Shown here: piece by piece, positions 21,101 through 29,972 of the stretch
Position numbering within the stretch: the stretch's first letter is position 1
How the letters are laid out: each line of letters starts with the position of its first letter
Assembly (NCBI GenBank): GCA_965140445.1
Contig: OZ223236.1
Coordinates: forward strand, 4,672,001-4,736,000
Length of the DNA stretch: 64,000 nucleotides
Direction of reading: 5' to 3'
DNA from: Candidatus Ozemobacteraceae bacterium
GTDB lineage: Bacteria; Muiribacteriota; Ozemobacteria; Ozemobacterales; Ozemobacteraceae
Position numbers and translations under genes: made by a program
Notes under the pieces: generated by a model
Told to the model about the DNA's origin: nothing
What the model saw: only the letters and a program-made list of their open reading frames with translations
Databases searched by the model: none

Positions 21101-21143
21101 AAAAAGAGTGTCGGCGGTCACAGAGGCCAACGGCGCTCTTTTT
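21101..21143 (+). terminator. Terminator after the tubulin-like gene
   Basis: aaaagagtgtcg..cggcgctctttt imperfect stem with T tract. Confidence 0.65.
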
Positions 21144-21238
21144 GCATTTCTGAATGTTAATTCTATTTGTATTTATGCACAGGTTCCAGATAATATGATA
21201 TAAACGTTAAAATACATTTTCAGATTGAGAAAGCGATT

Positions 21239-22276
21239 ATGGTAGAAATTAGTCCAAACAAAACTCCCTTAAAAATTAGCGTCTGGCGCTTCGTGCTGGT
21301 TTTATTACTTCTCGCAATCATTTTGCTCGCAATGTTCTGGTATCTTTTCGCCTCAAGGCTTGGAGCGACCAATTCCTTTTTAGAAGGAATCAGAAAATAC
21401 CTGACTTTTGCCGCAACCATTCATCCCAACATGAAACCTGAAGACAACTTTGCCGACTCCTTAAAAATTCATGGGGTTGAGAAGATCACTCCAAGAAAAT
21501 TTACCATGCTTGTTTCTGTTACAGATAAAAACGGCGAACCGCTGACCACCATAAACGCCGGAGATATAGAGTTACGAATCGGAAGTAAAAATGATTCAAG
21601 TCTACAATCTGCCACAATTGATAAAGTAACCCCCCTTCATATGATGACTGACTGGAAAGAACCCGTAAGTTTTTCGTCAGTAATGGACTATTCAGCCAGC
21701 ATGTTTGAAGGAGATTTAAGCGCGATTGAAAATAATTTTGAAAAACTAATGGAATCCATCACCGTGCCATACGCCGCTTCCATAGTTAAATTTAACGCCA
21801 AGGCAACAGAAATTTTGCCGCTCTCCGAATCAAAAGATGAGATAAAAAAGGCTATAAAAAAGAGAATACCTCTTGAAAACACGGCTCTTTTTGATGGCGT
21901 TGTAAAAGGTATTGAGGCCGTCCAGGCAAGACCTCACATGAGATTTCTTGTTTTAACGACGGATGGCAACGACAACGCCTCATTTAATTCACTTAAAGAA
22001 GTTCTTCTCAGAAGCAAACTTCATAATGTATCCATCTTTGTCATAGCTTTTGGCTGGCTTGAGGTACAAACCTTAAAAACCATAGCTGATGAAACTGACG
22101 GCCTGTATTCATACGTCCCAAACAGTTCCAAACTTGAGGAATGGTTCACCAAGCTTGGTAAGATTATTAACAATGTTCAGGTCATCGAATACTCAACAAA
22201 ATCAGACATGGGAACACCTGAAAAAATTGATCTGACAATAGAAGTTAACGGAAAAAAACTAAACCGCAAAAGATAA
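21239..22276 (+). CDS. Membrane-anchored von Willebrand factor A domain protein
   Basis: N-terminal TM; intact MIDAS DYSAS, TALFDG, TDGNDN. Confidence 0.88.
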   Translation: MVEISPNKTPLKISVWRFVLVLLLLAIILLAMFWYLFASRLGATNSFLEGIRKYLTFAATIHPNMKPEDNFADSLKIHGVEKITPRKFTMLVSVTDKNGEPLTTINAGDIELRIGSKNDSSLQSATIDKVTPLHMMTDWKEPVSFSSVMDYSASMFEGDLSAIENNFEKLMESITVPYAASIVKFNAKATEILPLSESKDEIKKAIKKRIPLENTALFDGVVKGIEAVQARPHMRFLVLTTDGNDNASFNSLKEVLLRSKLHNVSIFVIAFGWLEVQTLKTIADETDGLYSYVPNSSKLEEWFTKLGKIINNVQVIEYSTKSDMGTPEKIDLTIEVNGKKLNRKR

Positions 22277-22308
22277 GCGGCTAAATAGCCCATTGGGCTG
22301 GAGGAAAC

Positions 22309-25254
22309 ATGAACTTTAGAAAAAATCTGGCATTTCTTGTTTTACTATTGGGGATAATCGCTTTAATTTTCCCTTCTTCGGTAAGAGCTGAAGCTGAATT
22401 TGATTTCGGCCTGCCATTATTCGGCAAAGACGAAATTCGCTTTGAAAAATCTCAAGAGCCAGACTTCAACCTTCAGCTTTTAAAAAAGTATATGACCGAA
22501 CATGAGAAATCTAGAATTTCTCAGATGCATGGAATTTACAGATGGCTGACCCTATATAAACTATCTGACGAGCCTCGACAGAAGGTTCTCTACCCTGCCG
22601 GACTCAAATTTTTCTCAAAGAAACCAGATTCTAAAGATTACCCAAGCCTCAATGAGATCTTTTACCGCGGACTATTCCTCAGTATTGATAAGGACGATGA
22701 TCCAAAAAATACAGCAGACCAAAAATTTGAAGAAATGCTTCTAGCAGCTGAAGACAAATTTGAAAAGGTGGCTGAATATTCGCTGGCAAAAGGTATTCTC
22801 TTTCATCTTCTTCGTAACCGCCCGAATGGTTATTTCTCTCAGATGAAACCAGAAGAAGATTTAAAAACAGCACTTTCTCTGATTCCACAGGAAGCTCATT
22901 ATTTCTTTATTTTGGGACAAGCTTTCCGATTTCTTGGAAATAAAGAATCAAACCTTTTTCTTTCCATTGCCTCTTACGAAAAAGCATCTGCCCTGGACCC
23001 AAAAAATATTAAATTGCAAAACTCCCTGCTGGGAACCTACATGGGTCTCCATGAAGATTACCAAAGCAGCAATAAACCAGAACCGTTCTGGCTTGAAGAA
23101 GCTGTTTACAAAAAAATTCTTACTCTTTCACCAAACAATCCCTATGCTTTAAACAACCTTGGCTACCTTTACACAGATTATGGAGTAAACCTACAGGTTG
23201 CACTTCAACTCTGCCAGAAAGCTTCTGACCTTGCCCCGGAAAATCCCGGCTTCAGAGACAGCCTTGGCTGGGTAGCATTTAAAAATGGAAAATACGACAA
23301 AGCCGAAGAAGAGCTAAAAAAGTCGCTTTCCATAAAAAACAATGTTTATGAACCCCTTTATCATCTTGCAACCGTATACTACGTGACCAAAAAACTTGAT
23401 AAAGCTGCTGAGCTTTACACTCAAGCCATTCAAGTAAAACCAGACTCCGCAGAAGCTCTCAACAACCTTGCCTATCTTCTGGCAGAGCAGGATAAAAACA
23501 TCGAAGATGCCTTAAAGATGTCTGAAACAGCGGTAAAGATTGAACCAAATAACGCCTCTTACCTAGACACGCTTGGCTGGTTATACTTCAAAACAGGCAA
23601 AACAGAAGAAGCCCTGAAATATCTTAACAAAGCGGCACAGATAGCTCCAAATGAAAGCGAAATCCTGCTGCATATCGGGCTGGTTCATCTTGAAAAAAGT
23701 GAATTCAAAGCAGCAATAGACTATTTAAAACAAGCTTTGAAAACCAACCCCACGATGGAAGAAATAGAAAAGAATCTATATCTGGCCCTCTGTTTAAAAT
23801 CACAACTTGGAACTCTGGCTGAATATCACAATCTTTTCGGAGAAAAGGTAAGCAAAGATAAAATTTGTAATTTGCTTATGAACATTGCCAGACTATATCA
23901 AGAAGAAAAGCTTTATGACAAAGCAATTGAATTCACTCAACTGTGTTCAGATATAAAGAAAGATAGAAAATCATTAAACGAGCCTCTGTTTGGCTTTTAT
24001 CATCTTGAAAATGCAAAAAAAGAAAAATCTCCTTCAACTGCAACAGAGCAAAGAGCTACCAGCAAGCAGATTTCAGAACTTGATAAAAAAATTCTTGATG
24101 AAACTGGCAGCGAAGAAGTTGCGATCGAAATCAGCAGTTTTCCTCTTGTAATAAGCATTGGCCCAGAATTTTTCAAATCAATTTCGGAATATGTTTCAGG
24201 AGTAAAAAACATCCAGCATCTTAGCTTTTCCCTATTCCTGAGAGAAATTTTTAAGCCAGCCAATAGCGCAGTTCTGAAAATTGAATCGGATTCTGAAGAT
24301 GGAAAAAGCCATCTGGCAATGATAGAAGAATTCTTTCAGGAATTAGGTGGCGAAACGGTTTGTGATGAAAATGAAATCCGTTGCACAACTTTCTTCCCGG
24401 GAATGAAAGTTTATTCAACCACAGTCAATCAAAGCGCTTTTTTGAGTAGAAGCCCGTTGCCAGACTCTGAAACACTGGAAAAAATGAGCAACACATCTTC
24501 TTATGAAGAAGACAGATTTGCTGAAATAGTATTCAACTGGAAAGAAATTAAGGCTGTATTACCAAGACTGATCGCTCCATTTATTTCCAATCCCTTTAAA
24601 CCATTTATATACGTTCATTCAAATTACAGCATGGAAAAAGGAAATTTAACTGAAACGTCTTTTCTTTCTACCGGTGAAGAAGTTACCAAAGAATTCATGC
24701 AGAACTTTGCCAGAGAATTATTTGCATACAAGCTATATACCAAAAAATTAGGCATGGATGTGACAATTCAGGTTAAGGCTATGAGCGATACCATTCTTGT
24801 AATTACTGAATATGTCCAGCCATTTTCAATGTTGTCCTCACTTGCAGGTAGATACTCACCGCTATTTAGATATCTTTCTGCAAGGTACTTTTCCAAGTAT
24901 ATCTGCTATATAAACAGATTCCTGTTCTCTGGCAATGAAAGTGACATGGAAAAACTTTGCCCAGGCCACGGAATAATAAGATTAGATGCTTCTTCTGGTA
25001 CTCTAAAATGTAACCTTCATAAACGAGTTCCAATTTTCCCTCTTTTCATGGACCCGGAAGGGCTTTGCAAATTTTCTCGTTTACGAATTCGAAAAATTTT
25101 GCATGGACTTCTGAAAAAAAATAGAGAGAATTTATCAGATGAAGAATTGCTAAAACAAATAATTGAGAAATATAAAATACCAATTTGCCCTGCTACTGGA
25201 CAGTATTCAAAAGACAAAGACGGGCAAATTAAATGCACCGAACATGAAAATTGA
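22309..25254 (+). CDS. Large exported TPR protein with Cys/His-rich C-terminal modules
   Basis: Signal peptide; TPR repeats ALNNLGY, DSLGW, ALNNLAY, DTLGW; two CP..G..C..H motifs at the end. Confidence 0.85.
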   Translation: MNFRKNLAFLVLLLGIIALIFPSSVRAEAEFDFGLPLFGKDEIRFEKSQEPDFNLQLLKKYMTEHEKSRISQMHGIYRWLTLYKLSDEPRQKVLYPAGLKFFSKKPDSKDYPSLNEIFYRGLFLSIDKDDDPKNTADQKFEEMLLAAEDKFEKVAEYSLAKGILFHLLRNRPNGYFSQMKPEEDLKTALSLIPQEAHYFFILGQAFRFLGNKESNLFLSIASYEKASALDPKNIKLQNSLLGTYMGLHEDYQSSNKPEPFWLEEAVYKKILTLSPNNPYALNNLGYLYTDYGVNLQVALQLCQKASDLAPENPGFRDSLGWVAFKNGKYDKAEEELKKSLSIKNNVYEPLYHLATVYYVTKKLDKAAELYTQAIQVKPDSAEALNNLAYLLAEQDKNIEDALKMSETAVKIEPNNASYLDTLGWLYFKTGKTEEALKYLNKAAQIAPNESEILLHIGLVHLEKSEFKAAIDYLKQALKTNPTMEEIEKNLYLALCLKSQLGTLAEYHNLFGEKVSKDKICNLLMNIARLYQEEKLYDKAIEFTQLCSDIKKDRKSLNEPLFGFYHLENAKKEKSPSTATEQRATSKQISELDKKILDETGSEEVAIEISSFPLVISIGPEFFKSISEYVSGVKNIQHLSFSLFLREIFKPANSAVLKIESDSEDGKSHLAMIEEFFQELGGETVCDENEIRCTTFFPGMKVYSTTVNQSAFLSRSPLPDSETLEKMSNTSSYEEDRFAEIVFNWKEIKAVLPRLIAPFISNPFKPFIYVHSNYSMEKGNLTETSFLSTGEEVTKEFMQNFARELFAYKLYTKKLGMDVTIQVKAMSDTILVITEYVQPFSMLSSLAGRYSPLFRYLSARYFSKYICYINRFLFSGNESDMEKLCPGHGIIRLDASSGTLKCNLHKRVPIFPLFMDPEGLCKFSRLRIRKILHGLLKKNRENLSDEELLKQIIEKYKIPICPATGQYSKDKDGQIKCTEHEN

Positions 25255-25314
25255 GTTTGCTTTTTTTCTAAAAATGTTCTATTTAAGATAAGGAAACTAA
25301 ATGGGGGTAAAGAA

Positions 25315-25527
25315 ATGCCTGCTGTAAATATTCAAGATAACATCCTTCAATATCTAAAAGACGAAGGCGAATTGGTTAAAATTTTTCTGATGAAAGGTTT
25401 TCAGATTCAGGGAACTATCCTTGGTTTTGATACCTTTGTCATTCTTCTGGAATCCGAAGGGAAAAAGCAGCTGATTTACAAGCACGCAATTTCAACGGTT
25501 CAACTTCCAGACACTTTTAAATCCTGA
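25315..25527 (+). CDS. hfq: RNA chaperone Hfq
   Basis: NIQD, GFQIQG..GFDTFVILL, LIYKHAISTV. Confidence 0.93.
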   Translation: MPAVNIQDNILQYLKDEGELVKIFLMKGFQIQGTILGFDTFVILLESEGKKQLIYKHAISTVQLPDTFKS

Positions 25528-25542
25528 CAGTAAACTGACAGA

Positions 25543-25585
25543 AAAAAAGGACTTTTGCCATAATCTGGCAAGAGTCTTTTTTTTT
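25543..25585 (+). terminator. Terminator after hfq
   Basis: aaaaaaggacttttgcca-taatc-tggcaagagtctttttttt. Confidence 0.85.
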
Positions 25586-25605
25586 GCAAATTTGGTAGCT
25601 TTCTT

Positions 25606-25647
25606 TGCGCATTTTTTGAACACAAATTAATGTTAATTTTTTGAACA
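25606..25647. promoter_or_regulatory. Two tandem 17-bp pseudo-palindromes, candidate enhancer (UAS) for a sigma54 activator
   Basis: TGCGCA-N5-TGAACA (25606-25622) and TGTTAA-N5-TGAACA (25631-25647); 14-bp exact direct repeat attttttgaacaca. Confidence 0.6.
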
Positions 25648-25739
25648 CACCAAATAGCCATCCTGTATAAAAGTTTATCATTTCCCGCTAATTCCTTGTA
25701 AAAGTGCATAAAAAGCCTGCAAATACATCATTTTTTAGT

Positions 25740-25755
25740 TGGCACAGGTCTTGCA
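25740..25755 (+). promoter_or_regulatory. sigma54 (-24/-12) promoter
   Basis: TGGCAC-AGGTC-TTGCA, full consensus with GG-N10-GC spacing; predicted +1 near 25766. Confidence 0.85.
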
Positions 25756-25765
25756 TATATAGGCG

Positions 25766-25849
25766 CAACACTGCACGACTTATTCGTCAGTTGTCTTCAA
25801 TCATTCCTTTCCTTGATTAGGGCTACACTAGATGTGGCCTTTTTTTTTT
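25766..25849 (+). ncRNA. Candidate sigma54-dependent small RNA (~85 nt)
   Basis: Starts at the predicted +1; 5' hairpin, hairpin aatca/tgatt with loop ttcctttcct, terminator hairpin with 10 T. Confidence 0.65.
25821..25849 (+). terminator. Terminator of the candidate sRNA
   Basis: ggctaca-ctaga-tgtggcc followed by T10. Confidence 0.75.
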
Positions 25850-25874
25850 CCCGGAAAAGGATTATCATTCTCAC

Positions 25875-26939
25875 ATGAAACAAACACATAACATTCTATT
25901 TCTACTAACCATTTTAATTTACACGCTAGTACCCAGTGGTTTCTCAGCGCCTAGAGCGGACATTCCTGCTCTTTGCTACCATCAGGTAGAGCCATCAACC
26001 AAAAACAAGTTTTCGTTGGAACTAAGCCAGTTTAAAAAGCAGCTTCAATATTTAAAAAGCAGAAACTTTCAAAGTCTGAACTCTCAGGAACTTCTGGAGA
26101 TTTTAGAGAATCCAAATCAGGAAAAGAAAAACAGAGTTGTAATCACATTCGATGACGGATACAAAACCGTTTACGATCATGCCTACCCCGCAATGAAAGA
26201 GCTTGGCTTTAAAGGAATCCTCTGCATATACCCATCTTTTATTGGATCTGGAAAAGCCATGAGTTGGGCACAACTTAAAGAACTCATCTCAGAAGGTTGG
26301 AGCGTCGAATGCCATTCTCAAACTCATGCAAATCTAAGCTCAAAATACATTAATGAAAAAGCTGAAAAGCAATTCCTGCAAAGAGAAATAGTCAACTCTA
26401 AATCAGTTATTGAAAAGCACTTAAACAACAAAGTTCTTTTTATGGTATGGCCTTATGGTGTTTACACAGACAGATGTCTTACAATGCTTGAGGCTGCTGG
26501 CTATAAGGGTGCTATGACAGTTGATGGTGGTGGGAATTATCCTGGAATAGACAAATTTTTCGTGAAACGTCAGGTAATTTACCGAACTGACAGCATGGAA
26601 AAGTTTTTAATAAGACTTGGAATGCAGGGTATAAAAGTTACAGAAAGACATCCAGCACCAGGAGCAGTGGTAGAATCTTTATCGAGCTTCACCTGCGTTT
26701 TACCTGATTTGTCCGACTATAGTCCTGAAAACTACAAAATCACTGTCAGACCTAATAGCGGCAAGTCTTCTTTTGAGTTTGATCCAGAAAGCAAAACAGT
26801 CCATGGAAAAATGAACAGCAAATTGAAATCCGGAAACTACTTTATGGATGTATATGTTCGAGATAAGAGAACTGGTGTCACCTATCAAAATGGCTGGCTT
26901 TTTTCTATAAAGGGAAATATCAACAAATCAAGTTACTGA
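25875..26939 (+). CDS. Exported polysaccharide deacetylase (CE4)
   Basis: LCYH, ITFDDGY, HSQTH, WPYG; signal peptide. Confidence 0.9.
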   Translation: MKQTHNILFLLTILIYTLVPSGFSAPRADIPALCYHQVEPSTKNKFSLELSQFKKQLQYLKSRNFQSLNSQELLEILENPNQEKKNRVVITFDDGYKTVYDHAYPAMKELGFKGILCIYPSFIGSGKAMSWAQLKELISEGWSVECHSQTHANLSSKYINEKAEKQFLQREIVNSKSVIEKHLNNKVLFMVWPYGVYTDRCLTMLEAAGYKGAMTVDGGGNYPGIDKFFVKRQVIYRTDSMEKFLIRLGMQGIKVTERHPAPGAVVESLSSFTCVLPDLSDYSPENYKITVRPNSGKSSFEFDPESKTVHGKMNSKLKSGNYFMDVYVRDKRTGVTYQNGWLFSIKGNINKSSY

Positions 26940-29221
26940 AATTTATCGTATTCCCTCAAGCTGATCTTTTCTTCAGAAAAGGTTAACAGATTATAGGTTA
27001 TTGGCATCTCATCAACTTTGTAATCCCCTCTAATGTTGGTGGGATCCCAGACTCTTCTTCTCAAAACATTTCTGCAGGAATAGGAACCAGTAATAAAGTA
27101 ATCCGGCTCTTTGGTTGCAAGGCGAATTTCAGAGCCATAAACCCTCTGTATAACAAATGCAGGAGACTTGAGAAATTCAAGGCGACCGGGAACACCTATC
27201 TCATCAGGGTATTTCTGATTTGAATTACCCATTGTCCACTTTGCCGAACGTCTTGAAGAGCTTACCAGATTAGCATTAACTGTCATTTCAGGGATGAAAA
27301 GCCCATCCCGGTGACTCTTTTTTGCTTCTTCAAAAAGGCTTTGCATCATTCCCATAGCTCCGAGGTTTTTTGCCGGAGCTTCATTTTCCTCTTTCATGGC
27401 TTGTGCCCAGGCTTTTTCGAAAATATTTTCGAGTTGTGGACGAGTTAAACCGCCGGTTTCTCGAGAAATGGATATGACTTCATTAATAAGCTCTTTTCTG
27501 ATTTTTTCATTTTGAATAGCAAATCGGGGCTTTTCAACGGTTGAAAGGCCTGGAGTAAAAAAGTTTTTTAAATCCTCGACTTTGCTCTCAAATAAAGGAC
27601 CAGAGGTCACCTCCTTCATTGTTTTCAAGAAGTGAACGGTTCCAAGTCTGGGCGTGCCATCAGTACCCACAACCCCTTTCCATGTATCTGGATTTAAAGG
27701 ACACAAGTCGTTCTTAAATTCATCAAAAAGTTCATCTACTGGGTTTAAGGAAATAATCAACCCCAACATAAAGTATGGTCTCATTTCATTCTTCACATAC
27801 ATTGTCGGATGAGACATGTCTAAAATAATCCTTTTGTCAGACATCACCAATGCCCCAACCTTATATCTTCCCCAGCCATTGTCGGGGTCCTTTATATAGT
27901 TGTTAAAATAATCATCATCATAAGCTTGAACAAATTTCTGACTTTGATTGAAATCGCCACCTATTACAATCTCTTCGGTACTGTAAATTGTAATTGAACG
28001 ATCAGGACAGCCCCAAATTCGCAATGGAACCGTGGCAAAAACAATTATCTTCGAGCCCTTTTTCTTTTTTATTATTTCCGGGTCATCTGAAGCTGGAGGT
28101 GGGGGTTGTGAAGCCGCTGAATCCAGCTCATCGTCATCATCCCTTGAGTCTGGTTTTGGTTTGGGTTTTGGCTTAGGTTTCTGCTGACACTTAAAATCAC
28201 CAAAATCAAGATCGACATACTGGGTAGATGCCTTATAAGGATTTTTGAAATCACCAAAGGGCAACGTATTTTTTTCTATAAGAACACCCTGACTCTTGGA
28301 GTATCTATCAACCACTTCTTTTAATCTTTCACGTGGAATCCTGCCAAATTTTATTGGACGTCCGCCATGAATGCCATCAAGAATTAAGCCATCTTTGGTA
28401 TCAAACTTACTAATTTTATAAGAGTCATTCTGTTTTGAAAGCCTTATGCTGGAGCCGTCCCGGAAACCAATCTTTGATTCTACAAACGCTCTAATTAAAC
28501 CTGGAGTCTCAATTTTCTCCATTTTCCGAAACTCTGAGCCCTTATCAGCTCCACCAGCAGTATTAAAGGTTAACCAATGGTATCCATATAATCTTCCTAT
28601 CTGGAAAAGATTCTGTGAACCAAGAAAGGGACCATAGCCACCCAGATCCAGAATTTCTCCATCATACAAAAGATGCTCAGCCGCAGGGAAGCGTCTTTCC
28701 AGTAAAGCTTTCACCTTTCTGCATGTGGTGTTCTTCGCATCGCCAGTTCCAACCTTTACAGCCACTTCAACTCTGGTATACATCTGTGCTTCATCTAAGG
28801 TCTTTGTCTTGGCATTTCCCCTGGCACTATGAACTAAAGCAAATTTAGCCTTAAATTCTCCGTCAGCAGAACCGCCAGAGTAAATACCCTTATTTACGCC
28901 TTCAACAAAAATATCACCCATTTTTCCGAGATAACTGTCTTTATGAGAATAGGGTTGCTCCCAGGGGTCATCATAGCGCTCATTATAAGAGCGATGCGTA
29001 TTAAAAGCGCGATTAGCATTAAGTTCTGCAATAATGCAATTCAATGCTGTTTCACCCAAGGTTGAGGCAACATATCTTCTTACCGCAATTGATTGCAGAT
29101 GGTGTTGCCCGGACTTAACTCTTCCTATGATTGAGAAAAAAATCAATAAAATTGCAGCAAAAGCAATGATTATCATATAACCAGAGCCAGATCTTGATTT
29201 TTTCAGGTTTTTATTACTCAC
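26933..29221 (-). CDS. Large PilX/GspK-like minor pilin or adhesin
   Basis: Basic N-terminus, G followed by a hydrophobic helix without E5; last gene of a three-prepilin operon; internal (KP)n-Dn-Pn tract. Confidence 0.6.
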   Translation of the reverse strand: MSNKNLKKSRSGSGYMIIIAFAAILLIFFSIIGRVKSGQHHLQSIAVRRYVASTLGETALNCIIAELNANRAFNTHRSYNERYDDPWEQPYSHKDSYLGKMGDIFVEGVNKGIYSGGSADGEFKAKFALVHSARGNAKTKTLDEAQMYTRVEVAVKVGTGDAKNTTCRKVKALLERRFPAAEHLLYDGEILDLGGYGPFLGSQNLFQIGRLYGYHWLTFNTAGGADKGSEFRKMEKIETPGLIRAFVESKIGFRDGSSIRLSKQNDSYKISKFDTKDGLILDGIHGGRPIKFGRIPRERLKEVVDRYSKSQGVLIEKNTLPFGDFKNPYKASTQYVDLDFGDFKCQQKPKPKPKPKPDSRDDDDELDSAASQPPPPASDDPEIIKKKKGSKIIVFATVPLRIWGCPDRSITIYSTEEIVIGGDFNQSQKFVQAYDDDYFNNYIKDPDNGWGRYKVGALVMSDKRIILDMSHPTMYVKNEMRPYFMLGLIISLNPVDELFDEFKNDLCPLNPDTWKGVVGTDGTPRLGTVHFLKTMKEVTSGPLFESKVEDLKNFFTPGLSTVEKPRFAIQNEKIRKELINEVISISRETGGLTRPQLENIFEKAWAQAMKEENEAPAKNLGAMGMMQSLFEEAKKSHRDGLFIPEMTVNANLVSSSRRSAKWTMGNSNQKYPDEIGVPGRLEFLKSPAFVIQRVYGSEIRLATKEPDYFITGSYSCRNVLRRRVWDPTNIRGDYKVDEMPITYNLLTFSEEKISLREYDKFQ

Positions 29222-29961
29222 TGATTTAAAAATACCTCTTTGCCTCTTTTGTAAAAGCTTGTGTTAAGTGAAATCTGGTAAACTTCACCGTTCTCTTTTA
29301 TTCGTTCTCGCTCTAACGTCATTTTTAAATGAACCAGACTATTCCCGGTTCCTGTTTCGGAAATTGGTAAAGCGTTGACCAATCTGTCTTTTTTGCTTTT
29401 TATATCTTTCCATTGGAATGGCTTTCTGACTGTCCTGAATAGAATCAGCTCCCGTATATTTTCAACAAGAACTTGACCCTGCGTTTCAGGGGTTTCTCCT
29501 GGCTTTTCCTTTACAACCGCAAGTCTTCTTAACCTGTAAAGTGGAAAATCCCGAGGGTTCTTTTCATCAATTTCCATTTCTTCAATCGTATAAACAATTT
29601 CTCTAATAAGAGAGATCTGTCCGCCAAGCGGTGAATTGAAAGGAATACCTGGATCAAGCTCTTTACATAAAAGTTTCAAAACAACTCCGGTTCTGGTTTT
29701 TAGTTCTGGAATTTTTTTCATAAAAATTGGAACAGGTTCAATGATGTCAGTGGCTTCTTTAATGTCATCACCAAGAAAAGACATAATCTTTCTAAACCCT
29801 TCATTTACCTGAAGAGCACCAAGCGACTTGGTAACCGCTTTTGCCTGAGAAAAAAAGACTTTGAATGCAGCCCCGATAATCATGAGCATAAGCACCGCCA
29901 CAATCATCAATTCGACAAAAGAAAAGCCTCGTTTAGCTTTTTTATGGCTCATCTTACACAC
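29218..29961 (-). CDS. Prepilin-type protein (PilW/GspJ-like)
   Basis: KRG|FSFVELMIVAVL class III signal peptide. Confidence 0.85.
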   Translation of the reverse strand: MCKMSHKKAKRGFSFVELMIVAVLMLMIIGAAFKVFFSQAKAVTKSLGALQVNEGFRKIMSFLGDDIKEATDIIEPVPIFMKKIPELKTRTGVVLKLLCKELDPGIPFNSPLGGQISLIREIVYTIEEMEIDEKNPRDFPLYRLRRLAVVKEKPGETPETQGQVLVENIRELILFRTVRKPFQWKDIKSKKDRLVNALPISETGTGNSLVHLKMTLERERIKENGEVYQISLNTSFYKRGKEVFLNQ

Positions 29962-29972
29962 GGCACATTCCT

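Noticed and set aside
25787..25818. Minus-strand reading of the sRNA: GGA-containing loop (Csr/Rsm-like) or SD plus mini-ORF MIEDN
   Set aside because: Promoter and T tract both point along the plus strand; no minus-strand promoter seen
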